DNA of 63,539 bases, counting the filler, from Gonapodya sp. JEL0774 (taxonomy: Eukaryota), in NCBI GenBank assembly GCA_027604505.1. It is 31 parts of 31 records of this genome, joined end to end, with 100 filler letters (N's around TTAATTAATTAA, not from the genome) between each part and the next. Parts side by side here need not be neighbours in the genome. Positions count along the whole stretch, not along the records: positions 53,438 to 55,379 come from JADIIX010002427.1; positions 55,480 to 57,420 come from JADIIX010002428.1; positions 57,521 to 59,460 come from JADIIX010002429.1; positions 59,561 to 61,500 come from JADIIX010002430.1; positions 61,601 to 63,539 come from JADIIX010002431.1; 26 more parts are not named here. One strand, 5' to 3'. A program made the translations under genes and the position numbers. Shown here piece after piece: positions 53,438 to 63,539 of the stretch (position 1 is its first letter; every line of letters starts with the position of its first letter). The notes below the pieces were generated by a model. The model was not told the origin of the DNA. It did not search any database and saw only the letters and a program-made list of their open reading frames with translations.

Positions 53438-54680
53438 GGCTCAATTTTCATTGATCATAGAGATATCAAACTCACCCATTGGGATCACTGATAGACTCTA
53501 GAAGCGTTGGTTTGGTATAGAGGAGGCGAGCAGGATCAGGTTTTGGTGGGGATGCTGTCTGGGAATAGCATGTTTACAATTCCAATACCCGAAGCCTCCT
53601 GGAGACGCGGAGATACTTACTGTGACTGGCGCAAAGTACGATGCCACACTCTGGCTTTTGAATTTGGATTCCTTTGGAGACGAAGCGCGAGCTCCTTGTT
53701 GTCTCTCTGGAATTGTCAGACACGCTCCCCTGCAACCAACAATCATTAAGTATGGCTCCACAGATTTAAGAAAGAAAGCATAGCACATACGAGTCATATG
53801 CTTGCAAAGTGTATTTGCTCCCATCCTTGGGAGGTTATTGATATTATAGTGCAGGAGTTCTGTGGTCATGTAGCAGCTGCACGGTTTTGCCCCATCTTCT
53901 TGAACTCTACAAAAATACTTGCGAAAAACTTTGGCAAGAACTTGAATTGGTGAAGCTAAAATATGGGTCAAAAAGCATGACTCACTGGCACTGGCAAGTG
54001 GGAGGAGATTCTGAGTCTCAGGTCTCATAGCATTCCAAGACTCCTTGCAGGTTCTGCAAAAAAAAACTCAAAACAAACGTAAATTCACATTGAGATAAAG
54101 AAAGTGGACCTACTCGTAGCCATATTGCCAAATCACGAGGATGATGCACCGGAATAGTCCGGCACACACCATCGGCTGGTCCACCCAACCTTCCTGTCCC
54201 CACCACATTTCGGGCAGAGGACTTTGATTCCTTGCCCCGTTGGGCCTACTTCCTGCGAGTTGAGAGCAAAGAAAAACACGCCATTGACCCCATAAGATTT
54301 GGCAGTGGGTTCCCTGAGCGTAATTTGGTCTGGAGGAAGGTATATTTTCAGAGTTGAGAGAGCATCCTGCTGGGCTTTGATAAAGATATTTACGCCGAGC
54401 TATTAAATCATGATAAGCTATGCGGTTTGCTGTGTTCTTCAAATCAAACGAGTTTACTCACCTTTGCATTGAGAAGCTTTGACTGCACTTCATCCTGTGT
54501 TGAGTCCAGGAACGCCTTCTGAGCAGTTGTCATGTCACTGCACTTTAACGTGGTCCTCACCCAGCTCTTCAGCGTCTTGTCTGCACTGGCTCCGTTGTCG
54601 AAGAGAAGTTTGATGTTGATCTCGGAGTCTTCTTCATTGCTGATTTCCTCCTCAGTGCCAAGAATTGGATCTGTTTCCAT
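53438..54680 (-). mobile_element. Degenerate DUF6729-like transposase relic
   Basis: Frameshifted LCPKCGG...GW...R followed by YMTTELLHY...MGANTL; similar layout to 14860-16414; appears CpG-poor by eye. Confidence 0.35.
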
Positions 54681-55557
54681 CGCAGATTGCTGAATCCGTG
54701 TTCGTCAGCTCAAATTGCTTTCAAATCTCTCAAATCAGGTTGGTGTGTGTGCAGTGAGGGGCAAAACATGGGGCGTCAGGCCAATAGGAACCGTCACAAC
54801 CGTGTCAACACTTTTTATTGGTTACAACCATCACAACTGTGCTATTTGCCAGACTTAGACCCCCCAATCCTTTTCCAGGGCCGGGTTTTCTCTACTTTGT
54901 ATTCGATACATGAGCACGTCTGTGGTTCCTACCGAGGTCGCGCCTCTCTAAGCGCTTCACACTACTGCTCATCTCTCCCATATGTCAGGTTGAGATCAAT
55001 GCACTCGCTTTGGTGGGTTGAGCTTGGGGAAGGTGGTTGGGTGGGATGTACCTGAGATTGGCATGACAACAAGAGGGAGCCGGTGAGCTGGGTGGTCGGT
55101 AGGTGGGGGATGTAAGGTCGGCAGTTCACTTGCGCAATTTGCCCCTCCCTAAGTGTAGGTCGGGGGTGGGAGTGGGGGTAAGGTCGTTTGTGGGCGAGAA
55201 CGGAGCAGGGAGGTGACTCTACCTTTGCCCTGCTGTCTCTTCTGCCTCCTCTCCACCTCCCAACAAGGCGTCCACGTCCTTGAGACCGAGTTCCCCATTC
55301 TCCCCCCTCTGTTCCTCTGCCGAGGGGTGTCAGTCTGGGCTTTTTTGTTGCAGTGGCCCTATTGTCCGATGATGCGGTTNNNNNNNNNNNNNNNNNNNNN
55401 NNNNNNNNNNNNNNNNNNNNNNNTTAATTAATTAANNNNNNNNNNNNNNNNNNNNNNNNNNNNNNNNNNNNNNNNNNNNTCTTTCATCGTCTCCAGCGTG
55501 AGACTTGCTCTCCCGCCTTTCTCTCTTTCAGTCTTCACCGCCTCCTCCGCTTCCAGA

Positions 55558-57310
55558 ATGGGCGACACGTGTGTTGTCCCAGATCAGAAGGCAAAGGGAA
55601 AGTCAAAGGAGCCCGATGCCCTCACTAAGCCCCTGCCACACTACTTTCAGGTGCGTAGTCAGCATTTTTGATGAAAGGGCCAGGTGCATTGATTGGGGCT
55701 CGTGTGGTGTCTCGCGTTGGATGCTCGAAAAACGAGTGGCAAGAGGTGGATCCATCTGGAACATCCACTATCAGCGGATTGGCGACTTCGATCAGGCGGA
55801 AATTCATGTTTTCTACATGAGAGCTTTTTCGATGATTGTTGCTCCAGGAAGAAACAGGCCGAATCACAATTTTCAGGTGGACGTCTTCCCTCTCCATGCC
55901 AGGTTCTGAACCTACACCTGAACCCCCTCATCGTCAAATACGTTCACTTACTTCATCTATGACTCATCGATAACGTAAACATTTCCCACGATTATGTTCC
56001 CGCCAAACAAATGGTCAAAATGGCGGAGAATTTGGCAACCAAGGTCGGGAAAAGGGTCCAGCTGGAAGAAGAAATTAAGAAGGTTCAAAATCAGAAAAGT
56101 AGCCTCAAGGGTGAAAAGGCGACGAAAGCCGGTGAGTCCATGGTGCTTACCCCCGGTGTCACACACATGGAAGACTGGCCCGGTTTATACGAGGGCGTCG
56201 CAACCGTCGCTATCGATGACGTGGAGATTACTGTACTCCTTTCGAAAAATCGAATGGAGGAGAGAAACCTCCGACCCTCATCATTGAACTTGTGCCTTCA
56301 CGACCCCATCCAAAGTAAACTCCGTTCCGACACCACAGCCATCCTACTAGAAAAACATAACATCGCACTCGCTAAACTAATCTCGGAGATCACCGCACTC
56401 CTACCGAGCCCTCAATTCTCCGAGCTCCCCATTGGAGTGCTCGCACAGCTCGCCACGGGCAACCTCAACGACACGAGACAAAAGTTCGCGGCTGTGGACA
56501 AGAAGAGGAGCGATTTGAGGGATAAAGAGGAGGTGTGCGATAATTTAATTGCGGGTGAGTTAAAGTGGATATGATCTTTCCGTGCGAGGGCTTCGTACTT
56601 CACCATTCTTCCATCCGTTGTGCCGACTCTTGCTCCTTCTGCGTTTGTTAATCTTATCCGTCCGTACGCACTGTAGATGCCGTGAAGAAATCATATAAGC
56701 AGCTGTCGCTGAAGCTGCATCCAGACCGTTTACCTCATTCCACCGATGCAGATAAAGCAAAGTTCCAGGAACTCAAAGAAGCCCACACAGTGCTGTGGGA
56801 AATCGTAAGTAACCCTAGCACCACACATTATGTCTTGCGTTTGACTCAGCCCATCGATATCGATATGACTTCATCGTGCCGACCGTGATTAGGAACGCCG
56901 CAAAGAGTACGTCCGCATCTACGATCACAACGAGTACCTTCGGCTCCGCCGGCCCAAGACTGGTGGGGAGATGGCAGCGGACGCTGATATCAGGGAGGTG
57001 TTGAAAGGGAAAGGAAAAGGTGGACCGAGAACAAGAGAGTCTGGTGGAGGTGCTTTGAGAATCAGAGGTGGGTTTTACGTCTCGCGATGGCGTGGTGAAG
57101 ATGCATTCGTACCTGCAAATTGTTAAGCCGACCATCCCGCGCGGCCCCCGACCAGGTGGTATTCCACATCAATGCTCCATCCCTCGCATATCGAACCAAA
57201 CGCTGGTGAATAAACGGGACGGAACGATTAGGATTGCCGTGCTCTGGATTTGCTCGGACTCGGATTATCTTGGTGTGACTCGGTACGAGGTGGAGTTGAG
57301 CGGGACGTGA
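55558..57310 (+). pseudogene. Atypical J-domain protein with an in-frame stop (3' end uncertain)
   Basis: HYFQ|VLNL ... AVKKSYKQLSLKLHPDR...KFQELKEAHTVL; TGA at 55960-55962 is in frame with ORF 56011-56574. Confidence 0.6.
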
Positions 57311-57520
57311 GTGTGTCATCGGATGGCTTTCACATCAAGCGGAACCGATGACGACTTTTTCGTTCCAACATGTCTCATAGTCCGTCTAAAAGCGGTTCCA
57401 ACTACATCAAGCACATTTTCNNNNNNNNNNNNNNNNNNNNNNNNNNNNNNNNNNNNNNNNNNNNTTAATTAATTAANNNNNNNNNNNNNNNNNNNNNNNN
57501 NNNNNNNNNNNNNNNNNNNN

Positions 57521-59214
57521 TCTCTCCTCCTCCTCTCCAACGTGCTTCCCATCCCCATTGTTCTCTCCGCCGTCTGTGGTAAGGCCCGACTGGGCTTCAC
57601 AGTCACCCTGATACTGGTTTTTCGGCCGTCCAAGGCAACGTCCCGGCGCACCGTCGTGGCACCAAGACGAGCAGGGGCTCGGGAGAGGGGAACAAAAGGT
57701 CGACGGGTTGGGGGGGTGGGATTGGAATCCAGAGGCGATGTGGACGATGTGGAGGAGTAGAAACCGGAGTGGTTCGGTGCTGTAGGTCGGAGGGGAGGAG
57801 ATGGCGAGGGGTGGGACATAGAATTCGAGCTACCGGTGTGAATTGACGATGGTCGGTCTCGGTCGCGTTCTCGGATGTAGGGGGATTCTCTCGTGCTGGG
57901 TGCGGACACTGCCGGTGAATCCCTTGACCGTTCTCTGTCTCTCTGTCTCGCGTAATAAGAGTCCCTCTTTGACTGCGCAGGGTTTTCCACTGCACCACTA
58001 TCTCTGTCCCTCTCTTTAGCATAATAACTGTCTGGCCTCTCCCTTGTGCGACCTTCATTGAGCGACGGCGAGGACGGGGTGCGCCGAGCCGATGCTGAAA
58101 CTTGATCCCGTGAGCCTCCTTCACGACCCGCATCACGGTGTTCCCGTGCATTCCGGTGATCGCGAGGATCCGTCGCCGTGGAATTTCGGTACGTGTCCCT
58201 GTCTCGGTCTCGGTCACGATGTTCCCTCTCATACCCTGGTCCCGTGGACGACGCAATAGACAGCCTATGCGACGCTGAATTACGTTCCGACCGACTCCAT
58301 TTGGCTGCTGCGGCTTCCGCCGGGCTCGACAATGTCTGAGGTCGGTCAGGTGGGTGGATAGCCGAGGTGGACGATCCAACAGAGGAACGGGTAGTTGGTG
58401 TGGAACGAGAAGACACAAAGGCGGAGGCAGGTGGCGTACTGGACGCTGAAGACGATCTGTGTGGCAGAGACATGGAGTCGGCGTGGGACCGTTCGATTTT
58501 TCCGAGGAAAGAAGAGAGGAATTCGGCACCATTGACAGGTTGGGAGCCTGAAGGGGGCACGGAGGTTTGGTAGTAGTGTGGTTGTGTTTGGCTTAGGGAG
58601 GTATATGGGTTCGAAGGTGTGGGCGAAGAGCGGAAAGAAGAGCTGCGGTCAGGGATACGGGGGTCGCGGTGATCGTGCAAGTCACGGGGATCTGTTGAAT
58701 CACGATCTGTTGGTAAAGCTCGGCGATTCGATGGAGGGGCAGTGTAATCCGTTGTGGCGATATATGAGGTGCGCGGGGACGTGTTCTGCGAGGAGGATGA
58801 GGAATACGAGGATTGGGACTGGGAAAGAGATGCGAACGATGACGAAATGGATCTGGAGTCGAGATGAGTCGTGTATGGGTTTTGAGGTTGGCTCGATCCG
58901 GATCCAGATCGAGCGGTCGTGTAGGGGTTCTGCGGTAACCGGGACAGGGAGGTATTTGGCGAAGACGAGGAAGAGTGGGATGCTGAAGATGAGGAAGAAG
59001 AGTACTGGGAGCGCGCGTGAGGTTGCTGTCCCACCACACCCTGGGATGTAGCTCGAGATACGGGTAACGAATTGCCTGCGGGCGGTCGGGCGTAACCCAT
59101 AGGTTGTTGTTGTTGCTGGTGTTGTGACGATTGGGAGTAGGGATCGCTGTCATAGTCATCTGAAGTCGATGGGGTGTAATCGGAGCGTCGACGTTGGGGT
59201 GCAGGACGGGACAA
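57521..59214 (-). CDS. Ser/Arg/Pro-rich disordered N-terminus of an unknown protein, 3' truncated
   Basis: ATG-initiated frame of more than 560 codons with consistent low-complexity composition. Confidence 0.7.
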
Positions 59215-59560
59215 CGGCGGTTGAGGAGTTGGCTGTTGGTAGTTTGGGTAGTTTGGATACGACCCATACGGTGCGAACTGGTGCGTTCACGAAACGCGAA
59301 ATATTCTTGTGAATTCTGACTCGCAAACGCATACTCAGCAAGCCTTTCTGACCTACCTCGTTCTGCTGCTGGGCGGAGTAATGGGTGCTCTGCCGTTCCA
59401 CTCTGTCACCTCGGTACTCTCCAGCACCGGACCCCTCCCGTCTATGTCCACTGACCGAGANNNNNNNNNNNNNNNNNNNNNNNNNNNNNNNNNNNNNNNN
59501 NNNNTTAATTAATTAANNNNNNNNNNNNNNNNNNNNNNNNNNNNNNNNNNNNNNNNNNNN

Positions 59561-59698
59561 TACTACCAGGATGGTACAACGAAGAAGTGGGGATATGCCG
59601 GTGACGGGTCTGGTGGTGTTTGGTGGAAGTATTGCTCAGTGTGCAAGTCTGGGTCCCCAGTGAAGGAGACGGTCGCATACACATCGGGAACGTGCTGA
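59561..59698 (+). CDS. Possible last exon of an unknown (possibly secreted) protein
   Basis: YYQDGTTKKWGYAGDGSGGVWWKYCSVCKSG...GTC* open from the contig start. Confidence 0.3.
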   Translation, partial: YYQDGTTKKWGYAGDGSGGVWWKYCSVCKSGSPVKETVAYTSGTC

Positions 59699-59959
59699 TG
59701 TGAGTTGGAAGTGCGTTGTTTTGTTGACATGTTGGAAGAGGTGACACTGCTTATTTGCGCTTACAGTCTTCGAAGCGGTTCGAGATTTGGACTTATTGCG
59801 TGCAGCAGGTTATGTGCGAAATGCTGGAAAGCCGTTCGCTGCGTTATACTCCATCAAATAGGAAGGTGTTTATGTCCACAAAAGTAGAATGAAAAGTGAT
59901 ATAATATACACGGGATGGAGCCGTTCTTCATCCTCCTCTCGACATGACCGAAACTCTGC

Positions 59960-61188
59960 TTACGTACCACTCGGATCGGGGAACACGTTCCAGCAGTCCC
60001 AATCCGATACATTGTCGTTTCCGTGCTGCAGATTGCGAGCCTTCCAGAAACCTTTGCCATACGAGACCAGTATTTCCGTGCCTGATGGTATTCCGATGAA
60101 TGTGGCTTGAGGAGAGTCCAACCGAGGTGATGCCATACCGGTGGTTGACGTGTTCACTTTCTGCTTTTTGTGACGGCCGGCGGCGACTGTGTTGGTTGTC
60201 TGGTGTTCGGCCCGACGCGATCCTTTCGGTGGCTTTAAACTGTGCATTTTGGCAAAGATGCCGAGACGGTGGTTGCCAGTAGAGATATCTACATATGTGC
60301 GGAATTCAGCATTGGGTTTGATGGCGACTAATGGCAGTGTGGGTGCGGGAAAGAGGACAATGTCGCATGTGACAGGGGAGTGTCGATCCACAGGAGTGAA
60401 ACGATGACAACACAGGTATGCGAACGTCAAAAAAGTATATGCAGTTTCTCGAGAGACTGAAATTGAGAGATCACGAGCGCGTACGCACCTCCCCTGTAAT
60501 CGTTCACGAACCGGGCCTCGTTCCCGCATTGTGCCGCATCTATACACACCTCGTACAATCCAGGAACCTCACCATCTACAGTTTCATGTAAGGCAATTTC
60601 TTCGGTGCCGAACCGTACACAGTAGTCTGATTCATCCCACGGATCCGCCCGCTTTGTTGGAGGAGGAAGGTTTGTCGTTTGAGGAGAGAGTGAGAGCAGG
60701 GAGCTATGTACGACGCCAACGTAATCGCATATAAGCGTGTCGTTGGGGATGGGATAGAGTGCGAAGAGTCCGAATTGCGTGTGTGCTGTTGAGACGTTTC
60801 CCGACAGGGAGCGTGAATTGCGACAAGAAGCTTTTTAATGACGAGAACCAGCTAGAATCCACTTACCAGGGTGGGTATGATCGTCAATCTTTCGTATTTC
60901 AGTCATTGGCAGTTGTGGTCGTGTCCGACTTCGCGCAGGTTTTGTCGCAGGTTTCCCATCCGAAGGAGGAGATGTGACATTGCTGGTATAGCGAAAGCGA
61001 CTTCGTATCAGATGAGGGACTTGGGGTTTCTCACTTAGTATCGTGACTCGGATAGAATGCCCAACGTTCGCCGTCCTCACCTTCTGCACCATATTCCAGT
61101 TGGGAAATATATCGGACGATGGGCTTGTACCCATGTAAATCAGGATCATCAAAACACTGTTGGTTTTGTTTAAAGGGCGCTCGCTCAT
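59960..61188 (-). CDS. SET-domain-like protein; upstream exon structure uncertain
   Basis: PNAEFRTY...RLGIFA...IPSGTEILVSYGKGFW fits the SET C-terminal signature. Confidence 0.65.
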
Positions 61189-61600
61189 CGGAGGGCCAGG
61201 ATATCGGCGGAGCCGAGTATGCAGTCATTTGGTGGGTGCTCAGAGTCGTGATTCACCTCCATACAGTGCACGCCGCAAAAGTACGAAGACACCATCCCAA
61301 ACCTATCTCTTCCTGCAAAACGACTCTAATAATTATTCCCCCCGCAAAATAAGCTCAGAAAATTGAGCTTCATTGATTGCGCGGACGGAATTGGCGGGCG
61401 GGGCATGGTTGGGAAAAAAATAAATATGGGCACTTTCCACCATGTCCGAAAGGCGTCGGCTAAAAGCGGTTAATCTTCGGATAAACACGGCTAATCTAAA
61501 NNNNNNNNNNNNNNNNNNNNNNNNNNNNNNNNNNNNNNNNNNNNTTAATTAATTAANNNNNNNNNNNNNNNNNNNNNNNNNNNNNNNNNNNNNNNNNNNN

Positions 61601-62918
61601 GAAGCCTTTTCTGAAGCCTTCGCACCGCGGTCGCTTGCTGCGCCAGCTGCACTCGCTCGAGCATTTTCGGGCTCTCCTTCCTTAGTATCAGAGGTTGTGT
61701 TGGTGTTGTTCCCCTTTGAGGAGTTACTCCTTGGAGCAAATGGATCGAACTGGCTCTTGGTGGCAAACGGATCAAACTTCATGCTGGAGGCCTTGCTATC
61801 CGCCCGCCCATATGGGTCGGCGCTCGTCGTGAACCGGTCGTGGCGGCGAGATCCACCAAAGTTTGGTGGGAAGAAGGGAGGTGGACGTGACGAGGTGTCG
61901 TCTGGTTCCGAGAAGGAATCGAAGGGAGACGGCCTGCGAAAGCCTCCTCCAAAAAAGCCTCCACCTCCGAAAGCACCTCCACCAAACGAATCAAAACCAC
62001 CATCAAAGTCGCCGAATCCGCCTAAGAGAAGCGAGAGGTAACTTAGGTGACACATTCATCCAGACAAAGTATGTCCGCGCAACTCTCTTACCATCCATCC
62101 ACTGTCACCCGAAGAGTAGAGAAGCTACTCAGAATCTAAGAAGCAAAGATACGTCTGTAAGTCAACTTACATCTGGATCGTACTCTCTCGACCACCGGGA
62201 CTGGTTAGCTCGCGAGAATGGGTCTGCGTCGTGGGCAAAATATTACTGATATTAGCTGTCGACTCATCTGGGATCAGGTGGCTGAGATATTTACCATATC
62301 CCTCAGACCCTCCACTTCCGTGACTATCGTAACCACCGGCGTCATAGACACGTCGTGTCCTCGCTAATGAGAGGTCAGCATAGTGAGTGATTAAACCGCA
62401 TTGGACACTCGCAATCGGCACTTCAACTCACGATCACTAAGAACCTCGTAAGCGTTAGCCACCTTTCGAAACTGGGCGGGAGCTTTTGGGTCCGAGTTCT
62501 TGTCGCTGAAAGTTGAAAGTTCTTGATGAACCATCATACCATTCGCATTTCGATAAGGGGTTCCCAAACGTCAGCCACACATACTCACGGATGCCATTTT
62601 AGAGCTTCCTTCCGATACCTGCCGATTAGACGGCGCAAGTCGTCAAGAGCGGCAGTTTCCGAGCCGATCGTCGAGCAAATGGACGGACATACGAGCAACA
62701 CACCGAGGACGATTTAGAGATAACAATGATCGTCAGCTTTCTATGACTTTGAAAAAGCTCCGGATGCCAAAATTGGAAAATGCTAGCTTCATTTTCAGTT
62801 ATGTCGTTACCGATACTCACCCTCGCTTGATTTCATCTGTCGTGGCGTTCCGCTCGACTCCAAGGAGTTCATAGAACGACTTTTTGCCGTCCGAGCGTTT
62901 CGAAGTCGGGCGGGACAT
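61601..62918 (-). CDS. DnaJ/Hsp40 class B protein, 3' partial
   Basis: FYELLGVERNATTDEIKR|YRKEALKWHP|DKN...FRKVANAYEVLSD|RRVYD, G/F-rich region. Confidence 0.92.
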
Positions 62919-63007
62919 GTCAGGGGCAAAACAGGTTGTGACCCAAAGTTCGCGTGATCACAGCCCAGAACCAACTCGTTGTGTGTGTTTGGAACGCTCA
63001 CCGCAAA

Positions 63008-63539
63008 ATGCCGCCGGTTCCATGGACACCTCCATCTTCAGTCTCGCTATCCATGTCATCGCGTGAATTGCGAATTGCTATTGCCGATGGGAATCTCTCG
63101 CTGGTCAAAAAGTTGACCCATGCGGCGATCAATGTGAGCACAAACGTCGGGAGGGAACGTGGAAGGGAAACGGATCCGCTGATATAACTATGCGCAAAAA
63201 ACTCATTATAGACTTATTTGATGACCACCATTCCCTCTTTGCAGCCAAGAAACTCATCCTTCCGTGGGGGTTCCCTCAGAAATCCGGACACAGTAACAGG
63301 CTGGCCTTCTCTCTTCTATGCCATACAATACGGGGAAGATCATATCGCTGAGTGGCTCCTGGAAATGGGACACGAGGACAACGGAGTTTCTGCGGTGGGC
63401 CTCCTCAAATCAGTGCTGGGTCTGTGACATGAAGCACTCTGAGTTTACGCAGATTGTGGATAGGACTTCGAAGGAAACACTGCTCTTATGATGGCGGCGA
63501 TGTTTCGACGAGAACAGGTTCGTGCACTGGAGCTTCCGC
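63008..63539 (+). CDS. Ankyrin-repeat protein, Avo2 (TORC2 subunit)-like, 3' partial
   Basis: LRIAIADGNLSLVKKL, LRNPD..TGWPSLFYA, LLEMGHED, DFEGNTALMMAA. Confidence 0.7.

Noticed and set aside
6777..55962. TGA/TAG stop-codon reassignment
   Set aside because: Conserved genes end on TGA (Chibby), TAG (CFAP52) and TAA (BBOF1), and their exons showed no in-frame stops; decay is the simpler explanation.

Overview
This window is not contiguous DNA. It is 31 unrelated contigs of about 1.94-1.97 kb, sorted by decreasing length and joined by 30 artificial 100-bp linkers (44 N + TTAATTAATTAA + 44 N), so no neighbourhood inference is valid across linkers. The DNA is eukaryotic and intron-rich (short GT-AG introns). 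Fungal-type genes (Fungal_trans transcription factor, APC amino-acid permeases, Avo2-like) co-occur with cilium/basal-body genes (BBOF1, CFAP157, CFAP52, TMEM67, Chibby), pointing to a zoosporic, chytrid-like early-diverging fungus (inference). Most contigs hold partial housekeeping genes. The most interesting items are mobile-element-like: (1) a DIRS retrotransposon in which one 80-bp spliceosomal intron restores two overlapping reading frames at once (RT-RNaseH-adenine MTase, and tyrosine recombinase); (2) an intronless plasmid/virus-type bifunctional primase-polymerase next to iteron-like and foldback repeats; (3) an intron-containing Ginger-like integrase next to a 76/77-bp palindromic repeat array; (4) two DUF6729/MULE-like transposase relics; (5) a J-domain split by a ~220-aa insert. 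All family calls come from motif recognition by eye, not database searches.
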